Shown here piece after piece: positions 9,184 through 18,010 of a DNA stretch of 64,000 bases. The stretch comes from a virus. The translations under genes and the position numbers were made by a program. Below the pieces are notes generated by a model. That model did not search any database and was not told the DNA's origin. It saw nothing but the letters and a program-made list of their open reading frames with translations. Positions within the stretch are counted from its first letter, which is position 1, and each line of letters begins with the position of its first letter. The DNA is taken from positions 64,001 to 128,000 of IMG/VR virus record IMGVR_UViG_3300037483_000453; one strand, given 5' to 3'.

Positions 9184-11442
9184 ATGGAACTATTTCTGCA
9201 GCCACAAGACACGTTCGTGAAACTCGCTGGGACGAGGATGCCCGAGGACCCGAATGCGTGGCCCCAGGAGATTCTTCAGCAGCTCTACAAAGAAGTGCCC
9301 TATATGAGCGACTTCTCACCCCACGTCACCATGGATAAGGTTGACGGTGAGAAGGGCTACGCCTTTGGTCACGTTACCGTGATGAATCAATCGGAGATAC
9401 AGCTGGGAACGAGCACAGATGCACAGAAGGCAGGTGGGCTACGGCAGGTTCGCATCCCTGTTATTGTCAAGGATGGTGAGATGTCACCCTTGGACTTGCT
9501 CATCACAGACGACTCTAAAGTCCAACCACTTACTGAGTCACGTCTTCGTGCAGCAATCTTTCGCCCTCAGGCCTTCGACGTAACTGCCAGAACCCCAGGT
9601 GACCAGTCTATGATTGGGCAGCTATACCCCCCCTATCGTCAGAGCCAAGGTTTTGGTGGGGGTGGCCTAGCCATGGGTAAAGAGGGCTCTGTACTCGAGA
9701 GTTACCTTGAGAAGGAGGCTGGCCTTCTCAGCAGTGCAGCTAACAAGGCTGGTGAGGGGGCTGGGCGAGCTATGGCAACGGGGGCTGGCCAGCTCATCTC
9801 AGGGTCAGCCAAGAAGAACAAGGGTAAGCTTGTGGCAGGGGTTGCCGCTACTGCTGCTGGTAAGGGCGTGTATGATACACACCGTGACAAGCGCGTGGCT
9901 AAAAACATCGTGGCTGAGCTGCGTAAGCAGGGCAGCATGGTGGAGGTGCTTGCACCCACAATGAATCGACTCGACCTCGCTGCCTTCAAGGACGCAGTGC
10001 GAGACCCAAACACAAGACTAGCCTACGAAAAGAACGCAGCCGCGAACGCTATTCCGGTGCAAGTCATCTTGGGGCAAGGGGGGCCGCAACACGACCGTCC
10101 AAAACTGGCATCAGTGATGCATTCGCTACTTAAGCCCGATGTGACCCAGGTGATTCGTACTGCTGATGGCTACTCGGTGAAGACTGCAAATCACAGTTAC
10201 TGGGCACCTCATCTGGATATCCTTGATCGAGGTAGCGCAATACAGAAGTTGGGGTCACGCGTGGTTATAGCTGCGGATACTGCGGGTGCGGTGACTATCG
10301 CAGACGGGGTAGATGAGGGTGAGCCAGGTGTACCTGAGACTGGTGCGTTGGGTGCAGGCCCAATCTCAGATTTCGGGCTCTACAGGGTCCTGTCTGAGTC
10401 TGGTCAGGAGCTTACAGGCTTCGTTATCCCGGACTTGGTGGATGTGGATGGTAGAACTTCCCCTATCTCACTGTTCACAGACGGCACCCATGCAGCTATC
10501 CAGGGAGATATCATTGGCTCACCTGTGGAAGGTGGTTCTGAGGGGCTACCGGCGGGTGGCACCCCTAGTGGCTATGGGGCGTTCTTCTCAGCAGACAGCG
10601 GAGGCACGACAGCCACTATACCAATGAGGATAGCTGGTTCTTTTGAGCCAGCTCCTGGTGAGCCAGCCGTGCACCAAGCTGAGACCTATGACGGACGGCC
10701 CGTCGAAGTGTCGGTACAGCCCAACATTCAGGCGGTCGTAGCTATGGAGGAAGGGCGGATGCTTGTGCCCGCGCACTGGCAGTGGTTACCGCTAGGTCAG
10801 GCTGAAGCCGTAGCCTTGAAGAGTTCGGAGGAGGACACGCCAGCTGAGAAGGAGGCTGAGGCGCAGGGAATGTACACGTCGGTAGACGTAGTCTCAGGTG
10901 GGGAGCAGTTCTCTATTCGTGGTTACCCCGTGGAGAAGCTTGCTGCATCGGAACGCGAGTTTTTGAGCGTTGATGATGCCATGTTTCTGCTTGCTGGCTT
11001 GGGTGTAGAGCAGGGGTATGGTGTGCGCAAGCTGGCAGAATCTATGCTTGGGCGTGAGCCAGTACAGGTACGTATCGGCAGGTATATCAAGTTGGCAGAA
11101 GACCAGGAAAAAGAGGCGTCAGTTTCTGCCCGTGAGATGCTCGAGCGTATGCCCAGCCTCCGACAGAACTTGTTCAAAGAGGCTGCCTTCATCACAGATC
11201 CCGACGCTGTTGATACTGTGCTGTCGTTGAACTTCATCAATCCTGAGAACCTTCATACTTTTATAGCGTATCTGCCGGTGATTGATGAGACACAGGAGCG
11301 TCTCTGCAACTTGCTGTTCGCGGCACGTATGGGGCTGAGTGACATCCCTGAGTCCGCTTTGTCGACCTCGGTGAGGTCAACAGAGGAAGTCCTGGAGGGC
11401 CTTAAGACCATGGCGTTCCAGGGCCCGGCTTATCACAGCTAG
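9184..11442 (+). CDS. Large putative internal head/virion protein with many K-x-A motifs
   Basis: 752-aa ORF with AGGAG RBS. Contains KLAG, KEAG, KNAA, KLAS, KLAA, KLAE, KEAS, KEAA and a Gly/Ala-rich insert. Confidence 0.6.
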   Translation: MELFLQPQDTFVKLAGTRMPEDPNAWPQEILQQLYKEVPYMSDFSPHVTMDKVDGEKGYAFGHVTVMNQSEIQLGTSTDAQKAGGLRQVRIPVIVKDGEMSPLDLLITDDSKVQPLTESRLRAAIFRPQAFDVTARTPGDQSMIGQLYPPYRQSQGFGGGGLAMGKEGSVLESYLEKEAGLLSSAANKAGEGAGRAMATGAGQLISGSAKKNKGKLVAGVAATAAGKGVYDTHRDKRVAKNIVAELRKQGSMVEVLAPTMNRLDLAAFKDAVRDPNTRLAYEKNAAANAIPVQVILGQGGPQHDRPKLASVMHSLLKPDVTQVIRTADGYSVKTANHSYWAPHLDILDRGSAIQKLGSRVVIAADTAGAVTIADGVDEGEPGVPETGALGAGPISDFGLYRVLSESGQELTGFVIPDLVDVDGRTSPISLFTDGTHAAIQGDIIGSPVEGGSEGLPAGGTPSGYGAFFSADSGGTTATIPMRIAGSFEPAPGEPAVHQAETYDGRPVEVSVQPNIQAVVAMEEGRMLVPAHWQWLPLGQAEAVALKSSEEDTPAEKEAEAQGMYTSVDVVSGGEQFSIRGYPVEKLAASEREFLSVDDAMFLLAGLGVEQGYGVRKLAESMLGREPVQVRIGRYIKLAEDQEKEASVSAREMLERMPSLRQNLFKEAAFITDPDAVDTVLSLNFINPENLHTFIAYLPVIDETQERLCNLLFAARMGLSDIPESALSTSVRSTEEVLEGLKTMAFQGPAYHS

Positions 11443-11478
11443 TTGATTTTCTTCGAGAAGTAGGCCAAGTTCGGGTGA

Positions 11479-12393
11479 GTGGCCAGTCGCTCACCATGTG
11501 AGATATATCTCAAGTTCCTCATTGTACATCCGGACCAGTATGATGACGACGCTATCCGTGCGCTCGTCAAGATGCAGCAGCTGGACTACCCTGGAGGTAC
11601 CTACCTAAAGAGCCTGCGCTCTATCTGCACGGCGCCTATCCCCTTCTACCCAGAAGATAGGCTGCATGACAGGTCTCAGAAGTTTCTGCTCAGGGAGCGC
11701 CTTGAGGCTATTTTCCACCCAGATGACGCCATGATAGGCGCTAACGCCATCCTCGGGAACATTCGGGCCAAAGAGCTTGTCGAGACAATGCTCATGGGTT
11801 CGTCACATCCACAGTGGATCTGCACGGGGCTTCGGAGACAGGGTTTGGATGTTATCCCAGGGGCCATCACCAGATTCAAGCACTACTACTTCAACATAGA
11901 CCTAGTCGATTCATCAGAGCTCAAGGCACTGATGTCGGTGCGGTTGGCAGGAGCTGGCACAGACCCTGATGAGCTGCGGCTAAATGCAGCTCACTCTGCG
12001 GTGATGAAGAGTGATGCACGGCGCAATACGGCGATGGCATCAACACCTATCACAACCAACATCATGACCATGCTGCGGATGGGCTTACTACCGAGTTCAT
12101 TAGACATAGCCAGACTCGCTGAGGCAACGAGAGCAGCTGCACTGGCTGGTGGCCTAGACATGGCTGTACGTGGCCTCCCGACACAAGGTCGAGACTATGC
12201 TCTCATGGCCAAGATGATGACCGAGATATTGGAGTCTGTGGGCGACCCAGCTGGAGATCTACAAGATAGCCTGGCAAGGTTGACTATTGAGACAGACAAT
12301 ATGGAAGTCCCACACATCAACCAGCTCAGCGATGGGTCACATACGCTGGACTTGCAGCCTATAAGTGCATCTGAGGTGAAGGCCAATGAGTGA
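11479..12393 (+). CDS. Hypothetical protein (possible terminase small subunit or DNA-binding protein)
   Basis: 304-aa helical ORF a short distance upstream of TerL. Function is inferred from position only. Confidence 0.5.
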   Translation: MASRSPCEIYLKFLIVHPDQYDDDAIRALVKMQQLDYPGGTYLKSLRSICTAPIPFYPEDRLHDRSQKFLLRERLEAIFHPDDAMIGANAILGNIRAKELVETMLMGSSHPQWICTGLRRQGLDVIPGAITRFKHYYFNIDLVDSSELKALMSVRLAGAGTDPDELRLNAAHSAVMKSDARRNTAMASTPITTNIMTMLRMGLLPSSLDIARLAEATRAAALAGGLDMAVRGLPTQGRDYALMAKMMTEILESVGDPAGDLQDSLARLTIETDNMEVPHINQLSDGSHTLDLQPISASEVKANE

Positions 12394-12838
12394 AGTAGAA
12401 AAGAACATTGATATTTCAGGACCCAGTAGTGCCAGTGAGGCATTTGCTACGTATGGTACCCAGGGGAGCACGCGTTTGGATACTGTTACAAACTCAATCC
12501 CCGATTTCACAAAAGTCGAGTACAGCACATACAAGGCAGAGCACAGCTTCACGGGGAACGACATCGTTATCCACTTCTATCTGCCAACAAAACAGAAGGT
12601 AACTGAGGCGTACTGGAAGTCGCACTTTGCGGCTGCGTTGAATGATGTTGGACAGGAGCATTTTCAGGCCACCGCGCCCAGGTTGGTGGCCAAATACACT
12701 GATGAGTTGAACTCATGGTGGTTCAAGGCTCAAGGTTACGATCACATCATCGACCTCCCCAAGTACCTCTCCCGCTTTTTCGAGGCGTTGGAGGAGCGTA
12801 TGGCCCCAGTACTACAAACTCAATCGCGAACTTCCTGA
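12386..12838 (+). CDS. Hypothetical protein
   Basis: 150-aa ORF overlapping the previous stop. Confidence 0.55.
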   Translation: MSEVEKNIDISGPSSASEAFATYGTQGSTRLDTVTNSIPDFTKVEYSTYKAEHSFTGNDIVIHFYLPTKQKVTEAYWKSHFAAALNDVGQEHFQATAPRLVAKYTDELNSWWFKAQGYDHIIDLPKYLSRFFEALEERMAPVLQTQSRTS

Positions 12839-13052
12839 TTGACACGCGTACGTCCCAACCCTTTTCTTTAGCAAAGAGTTTGATGTAGATCCGCACTGCA
12901 GATCGGGCCTCCTTAGGAACTGAATGCCAGAGTCTAAACCCAACGAGGGTACCTTCGGGTTCCTCCTGTGTAACCGTGGCAGACCCAGGGACTATATGGC
13001 CGCCGGCACGATCAAGAGAGGCACGAAGTTCGTCTACCCAGGTTTGAATCAT
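12747..13052 (-). CDS. Hypothetical protein (uncertain)
   Basis: 101-aa ORF with protein-like composition, but it overlaps neighbours at both ends. Confidence 0.3.
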   Translation of the reverse strand: MIQTWVDELRASLDRAGGHIVPGSATVTQEEPEGTLVGFRLWHSVPKEARSAVRIYIKLFAKEKGWDVRVSIRKFAIEFVVLGPYAPPTPRKSGRGTWGGR

Positions 13053-15876
13053 GGCAGCTGAGGTTGCCTATCCTGGGTATACCGAGGAGGAGCTGGTTGA
13101 CAGAGAAATCTGGAAACCTGAGCCTGGCATCGAAGAGGACCCTATCTTGATTACCAGGGCACTCAAGGCCCTGCCAAAGATACCTAGAGTCCTGCCATCG
13201 CGGTTCACCACGTTTGCATTCAAGATGCCAGACGAGATTGGGCAGGGGTACTCTAGCTTCTCCTTCGAAGGTCGCCGCCATGTCAAGCGGATGTATGACA
13301 CGCCGGCAAAGCGGATCCTACTGTTCTGCGGGCGCCAGGTAGAAAAAAGCACGCTGCTCGGCAATATAGCGCTCTGCTACATGAGTATGGTGCAGTCGTA
13401 CAAGGTCCTGTACGTGTCCCCGTCGGCGACACAGACGAAGACTTTCAGCGCCGACCGCATCAAAGAACCGATTGAGACGAGCCCAATCCTCAAGAAGTTC
13501 ACAACGAGCATGCTCTCTGCCAACATTCTGGAGAAGCAGTTTGTCAATCGTTCGAAGATTACGATGCGGTATGCATTCCTCAATGCGGATCGAACACGCG
13601 GAATTCCAGCTTGGATGCTGCAGCTGGATGAGTTTCAAGACATCTTGTCTGACAACATACCGGTCATCGAGCAGTGCCTTTCTCACGCTCCTGAGAGATG
13701 GAAGCGCTTCCTATATGCAGGTACACCAAAGAGTCTAGACAATAACATCGAATACTACCGTGAACGGCTATCCACACAAGGTGAGTGGGTAGTGCCATGC
13801 GAGCGACACAAGCCGGCACACTGGAATATCCTGGGTGAAAAGAACATTGGTAAGAAGGGACTGACGTGTGAGAAGTGTGGTGAGCTCATAGACCCAATGG
13901 GGGCACGGGCACAGTGGGCCCGTATGGTTTACGAGGCGCCTTTTGAGAGTTATCGCATTCCTCAGCTGATGGTTCCATGGAAGCCGTGGAGCGATATACT
14001 TCTCGACTACGAAAGGTACCCAAGAGATAGGTTCTATAACGAGGTACTGGGCATCTCATACGATTCTGGGTTGCGGCCACTAACCACAGAGCATCTGAGG
14101 GCCGTGTGTAACCCCAACGTCCACATGGTCGACTTTGAGAGCTACCGAGATCTCTCGTTCAACCAGCCTATCTTTGCCGGGATTGATTGGGGCTGCCACG
14201 ATGAAGAGACGCGCATTCTTACGACTACAGGCTTCAAGCATTTTAGGGACTTGAAGGATACTGACCATGTGGCGCAGTGGGAACCCGACACTCGGACTAT
14301 GACGTTCGTGATACCCAAGGTTCGAACTGTCCGAGAATGGAAGAAGCCGTTGCTGCACTTTCAGACGAAGGGTGGCATGGACTTGATGGTCACAGACCCG
14401 CACCACATGAGGGTGGGCGTTCAACAAGGCAATCGTTGGATCACAGAATCGGCTGGTGAGACGGCTGCTCGCGGCGGCAATGTGAAGTTCGTCGGCTACG
14501 TGAACTGGGTTGGCGACGAGCGTGACTATTTCACGTTGCCAGGATCTCCGACGAGCCCAGGATATGAAGGCAGCAAGCCGACTACTATCAAGATGGATGA
14601 TTGGCTGGAGTTCCTTGGCTATTATCTGTCCGAGGGCGGACTATGTTTGAAGGAGCTCAAGAGTGGTGAGCTGAGTCCATACTGCATAAAGATGTCTCAG
14701 CGGGAGACTGTGAATGCCGAGTCCGCTGCCAAGATGATGGACTGCATGAGCCGGGCTGGAATACCGTTCTCCACATTCCCTAATCCAAAGACGGGCGACA
14801 TCAACTGGACGATTTGTGGCAAGCAGTATTGGTCTTGGTTCCAAGACAACGTTGGCATGACGGGTGATGTCAAGAGAATCCCACGCCAGTTCCTCGAGCT
14901 TGGTCAGCGTCAGCTTCAGATTCTGTTCGATGCCATGATGCTGGGTGACGGAAGCTACGATGAACGCGAAGGCTGTACTGGAGGTGCGTACTACTCCACG
15001 TCCAAGGGACTGTGCGAAGACTTCCAGGAGATTTGTATCAGACTCGGTCTTCGGTGCATCGTGCGCTTGCATAAACCAGCTGAGGGAAACCGCAAGACAC
15101 GTTGGCGAGTTCTCTGGTCAGAAGGACGAGACTTTCAATTGAACACGCCCAGCTCCCGTGTAGAGCGTGTGCCCTACGATGGCAAGGTGTACTGCTGCGC
15201 GGTCCCGTCAGGCTATATTGTGACGGAGCGTAATGGCTGCATTTCCTATCAAGGGAACACGGGTGAAAATACGTATACAGTGATAGTGCTAGGTACTTAC
15301 GTGGACATGAAGATGCGTACCTTTTATGCCCACCGCTTCACGGGTGAAGAGGTTGATCCTCCAATGCAGCTTGAGAGGATCTGTGAGCTTATCCGTTACT
15401 TCAATGTTCGTGTGGTTGGTACTGATTACGGGGGTGGCTTCGATCGCAATGATCATCTCATCCGTGCGTTCGGCCCCAAGCGCATTTGGAAGTATCAGTA
15501 CGTAGCCAAGACTACCCGTAAGGTCAACTGGGATGCCAAGCTTGGCCGGTTCTTAGCACACCGTACTGAGGTGATGAGTGACATCTTCAATGCCATCAAG
15601 CGCGGTAAAGATTGCGAGTTTCCACGTTGGGAAGACTGGCGCGATCCACATGGTCAAGACTTCTTGAACATCTTTAGTGAATACAGCAATACCTTGAAGA
15701 TGATTCAGTACAAGCATGGTGTGGATAAACCTGATGACACTTTCCATGCGTATGTGACTATGTGGCTAGCGTCTATGTTGGTTCAACCACGTGCTGACAT
15801 CATCCTTCCACGCCGTGTCTCAAAAGCGGGTGTGATGGAAGACATGTATCGTGGTCCTACAGAACAAGGACTTTAG
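13051..15876 (+). CDS. terL: Terminase large subunit with intein
   Basis: Walker A-like CGRQVEKST, Walker B LQLDEFQD, coupling motif YAGT, Cys/His Zn module (CERH...CEKC), nuclease motif FAGIDWG, C-terminal KPDDTFHA. Confidence 0.92.
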   Translation: MAAEVAYPGYTEEELVDREIWKPEPGIEEDPILITRALKALPKIPRVLPSRFTTFAFKMPDEIGQGYSSFSFEGRRHVKRMYDTPAKRILLFCGRQVEKSTLLGNIALCYMSMVQSYKVLYVSPSATQTKTFSADRIKEPIETSPILKKFTTSMLSANILEKQFVNRSKITMRYAFLNADRTRGIPAWMLQLDEFQDILSDNIPVIEQCLSHAPERWKRFLYAGTPKSLDNNIEYYRERLSTQGEWVVPCERHKPAHWNILGEKNIGKKGLTCEKCGELIDPMGARAQWARMVYEAPFESYRIPQLMVPWKPWSDILLDYERYPRDRFYNEVLGISYDSGLRPLTTEHLRAVCNPNVHMVDFESYRDLSFNQPIFAGIDWGCHDEETRILTTTGFKHFRDLKDTDHVAQWEPDTRTMTFVIPKVRTVREWKKPLLHFQTKGGMDLMVTDPHHMRVGVQQGNRWITESAGETAARGGNVKFVGYVNWVGDERDYFTLPGSPTSPGYEGSKPTTIKMDDWLEFLGYYLSEGGLCLKELKSGELSPYCIKMSQRETVNAESAAKMMDCMSRAGIPFSTFPNPKTGDINWTICGKQYWSWFQDNVGMTGDVKRIPRQFLELGQRQLQILFDAMMLGDGSYDEREGCTGGAYYSTSKGLCEDFQEICIRLGLRCIVRLHKPAEGNRKTRWRVLWSEGRDFQLNTPSSRVERVPYDGKVYCCAVPSGYIVTERNGCISYQGNTGENTYTVIVLGTYVDMKMRTFYAHRFTGEEVDPPMQLERICELIRYFNVRVVGTDYGGGFDRNDHLIRAFGPKRIWKYQYVAKTTRKVNWDAKLGRFLAHRTEVMSDIFNAIKRGKDCEFPRWEDWRDPHGQDFLNIFSEYSNTLKMIQYKHGVDKPDDTFHAYVTMWLASMLVQPRADIILPRRVSKAGVMEDMYRGPTEQGL
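14194..15258 (+). mobile_element. Intein with LAGLIDADG endonuclease in the TerL nuclease motif (355 aa)
   Basis: Starts CHDEETRILT, ends ISYQGN, +1 Thr. FLGYYLSEG and LFDAMMLGDG motifs. Excision gives GIDWG-TGENT. Confidence 0.9.
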
Positions 15877-15975
15877 TCATGAGCATGACGTGCATTCCGT
15901 CACGACTCATTGGGTAGGGGTTGAGTGGTGTGGTACCTGGTTGAACCCAACACGTGGCTAAAAAGCGTTAGCGCT

Positions 15976-16014
15976 AGGTCTACCACCCGACCCTGCGGGT
16001 CAGGTGGTAGACCT
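15976..16014. terminator. Long hairpin (18-bp stem, 1 mismatch) between convergent terL and island genes; probable terminator
   Basis: aggtctaccacccgaccc-tgc-gggtcaggtggtagacct. On the minus strand it is followed by a small agcg-ctaa-cgct hairpin and a T-run. Confidence 0.6.
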
Positions 16015-16019
16015 TGTGG

Positions 16020-16184
16020 TCAGTCGCCGGGTAGGTCTTCAAAGGGCACCTGGCATTCGCCGAGGCCGTCGCAGTTGTGGTCATCGCACTCGTGGCACAT
16101 CGCGGTGCCCGGCTGTCCGATTGCGATCTTGAAGCAGTCTCTGCATGCGCAGTGCGTGTAGCCTGAGGTGCAATGGGTCGGCAT
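16020..16184 (-). CDS. Cys/His-rich microprotein (54 aa), absent from the ORF track
   Basis: Manual translation MPTHCTSGYTHCACRDCFKIAIGQPGTAMCHECDDHNCDGLGECQVPFEDLPGD; weak RBS. Confidence 0.45.
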   Translation of the reverse strand: MPTHCTSGYTHCACRDCFKIAIGQPGTAMCHECDDHNCDGLGECQVPFEDLPGD

Positions 16185-16205
16185 TCTTGTGGCTGGGCGA
16201 ACCGC

Positions 16206-16601
16206 TCATGACGTGCCCTCGCTGAGATCACTTCTGCATCGAGCGCCGGTCACGAAAGCCCGTATGCCGTCGCGCGGGTCAGCATGGATCGGCAGTCCCA
16301 GCTCGCGGCACAGGATCACCAGTGCGGGCCGCGCCGCATCCATCCTATCCGCTTCGTGCCCGGCCTGCTGCGCGGTCATTGCATCGTGCAGCGTCGCGAT
16401 TTCGGCCCGCAGCTCCAGCACCATGGTCTGAAGCGCGATGGCGTCGAGGGTGCCGTGACCGAAGCAATCCGGGCACTCGCGCGGATGAAGCATTCCATCG
16501 CGCTCCACGCCGTCCTCTTCGTAGTCGTCCTGCCACCCGCCTTCGCCGCCGCAGGTTGGGCAGTCCGCACGCCCGTGCGCCGCTTCGTGCTGCCGGCTCA
16601 T
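16206..16601 (-). CDS. Hypothetical protein with DnaJ-type CxxCxGxG zinc-finger pair
   Basis: CPTCGGEGG and CPDCFGHG; ATGA overlap with the MTase stop. Confidence 0.6.
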   Translation of the reverse strand: MSRQHEAAHGRADCPTCGGEGGWQDDYEEDGVERDGMLHPRECPDCFGHGTLDAIALQTMVLELRAEIATLHDAMTAQQAGHEADRMDAARPALVILCRELGLPIHADPRDGIRAFVTGARCRSDLSEGTS

Positions 16602-17338
16602 CGATCACCCCCTGTTCGCACCCAAAGCGCCTCTCGTGAGACCTTGCCGCCGTGCTTCGCCTCGCTCGCCTTGATGTCTCGCCATGGCTGAAACGGCAAC
16701 CACTCCGCGCCCACGTTCTCGCAGGCCATCACCTGCCCGGGCCACAGGTTGCACCAATACGCGAGCCGCTCGTAGTCTACGTAGGAGCAACGGTAGTGCT
16801 TGCCGGCCCGCTGATAAGGAGGATCCACAAACCATGTGGCCATGACCAACGGTGCTTGCTCGTAACTACCCTCGATCAATCTCCAGTGGCGGATGCGTTC
16901 CACCTGTGACGCAATCCGCTCGCGAATAGCGGCACCCCACCACCCAGACGGCGGATCACCCTTCGTCAGCCCGGCCAGAGATCGGCGCATGTTGCTTCCG
17001 GGGCTGCGCTTAGGCGTCGCACTGCCCTTGTTGCACCACCACCCGATGAGTAGTTGCGCTTCCTCCACCACGCCCAAGGTATCAACCGGCTGCCCCGGCG
17101 CGATGTCCGGCAGCGCCAAGATTTCCCCGGGCGTCACGCGCAGCAGGTAACGCCACGTCGCCGCGATCGCAGGGTCCTTCTCCACGAGCACCACCCTACG
17201 ATCTGGGTACCGCATCGAGTAGCCGGCGCTGCCGGCGAAGGGCTCCACGATGGTGCCGTACATCGGAGCGGGGTAATGCGGTGCCGCGCGCCACTTGCCT
17301 CCGTAGAACGTGAAAAACGGTTTGAGGCTGTTAACCAC
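16598..17338 (-). CDS. DNA N6-adenine methyltransferase (Dam/D12 alpha class), orphan
   Basis: Motif X FFTFYGGKW, motif I VEPFAGSAG, motif IV FVDPPY, in alpha-class order. Confidence 0.88.
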   Translation of the reverse strand: MVNSLKPFFTFYGGKWRAAPHYPAPMYGTIVEPFAGSAGYSMRYPDRRVVLVEKDPAIAATWRYLLRVTPGEILALPDIAPGQPVDTLGVVEEAQLLIGWWCNKGSATPKRSPGSNMRRSLAGLTKGDPPSGWWGAAIRERIASQVERIRHWRLIEGSYEQAPLVMATWFVDPPYQRAGKHYRCSYVDYERLAYWCNLWPGQVMACENVGAEWLPFQPWRDIKASEAKHGGKVSREALWVRTGGDR

Positions 17339-17612
17339 GGTCGCCTCCTTCGGGGCTGTTAACCGTTTCGATCTTGGTTGCCCCGGACTCGGCCGCCCGG
17401 ATGATGGCGTGGAAGTCCACCGGATCGTCCGTCATGCCGGCCGCGAGATCGCGGATCTGCTTCGCCTGCACATCCGAATCGAAGTACCTACGCAGCCTAT
17501 GTTCCAGTATTCGTTGCTGATCCTGCCGTCCGAGCCGGTAGGCCAGACGCGCGGCCCGGTAGACGTCGGTGTCCATGCTGTTAACCTCGTCGGCTGTTAA
17601 ACGCTCAGTCAT
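17331..17612 (-). CDS. Hypothetical protein
   Basis: 93-aa ORF overlapping the MTase start. Confidence 0.55.
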   Translation of the reverse strand: MTERLTADEVNSMDTDVYRAARLAYRLGRQDQQRILEHRLRRYFDSDVQAKQIRDLAAGMTDDPVDFHAIIRAAESGATKIETVNSPEGGDRG

Positions 17613-17665
17613 TCAGGAATGCCTCATCGGTTGCTCGCTCCGTCGTGAGGGTTTGGCTCTCTCGC

Positions 17666-17917
17666 TTACTGAAGGTCCCGCAGTTGTGCGCGCTGCTCGG
17701 CGCTGAGTTCGGGGGAAGCGATTGCAAACTCGCAACGCCAGTAGTCGCTGCTCTCCATCAACATCGCGAATCGTGTGTCGGTGTTGAGGCGGAAGGCTGT
17801 GATTTGCTCGGCGGTGAGATTGACGTCTACGAAGTAGCATTCCTCTAGGAGTTCGTTGTCTAGGAGACCGCTGCCTAGAACGTAGCATCCATCGAGTATA
17901 GGCGTGGGTGTGGCCAT
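17666..17917 (-). CDS. Hypothetical acidic protein
   Basis: 83 aa with strong GAGGAG RBS, downstream of a repeated motif copy. Confidence 0.6.
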   Translation of the reverse strand: MATPTPILDGCYVLGSGLLDNELLEECYFVDVNLTAEQITAFRLNTDTRFAMLMESSDYWRCEFAIASPELSAEQRAQLRDLQ

Positions 17918-17963
17918 GATTACTCTCCTCTCCTGGGGTGAACGGGTGTGACTCCCTTTAGTA

Positions 17964-17975
17964 TTCTTATCCCTG
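17964..17975 (-). promoter_or_regulatory. Repeated motif copy 1 (CAGGGATAAGAA), candidate phage promoter
   Basis: + strand ttcttatccctg, 47 nt upstream of the minus-strand ATG at 17917; four related copies at 56.7-58.2 kb. Confidence 0.55.
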
Positions 17976-18010
17976 AAAACTCGGTCTATTTGTTATTGGG
18001 GCAGCCCCGC

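Larger units (their letters stand above)
16015..17660 (-). other. GC-rich horizontally acquired island carrying a DNA adenine methyltransferase
   Basis: Spot counts give 43/60 GC at 16501-16560 versus 27/60 at 13501-13560. Genes are minus-strand and tightly coupled, inserted inside the + strand virion region. Confidence 0.65.
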
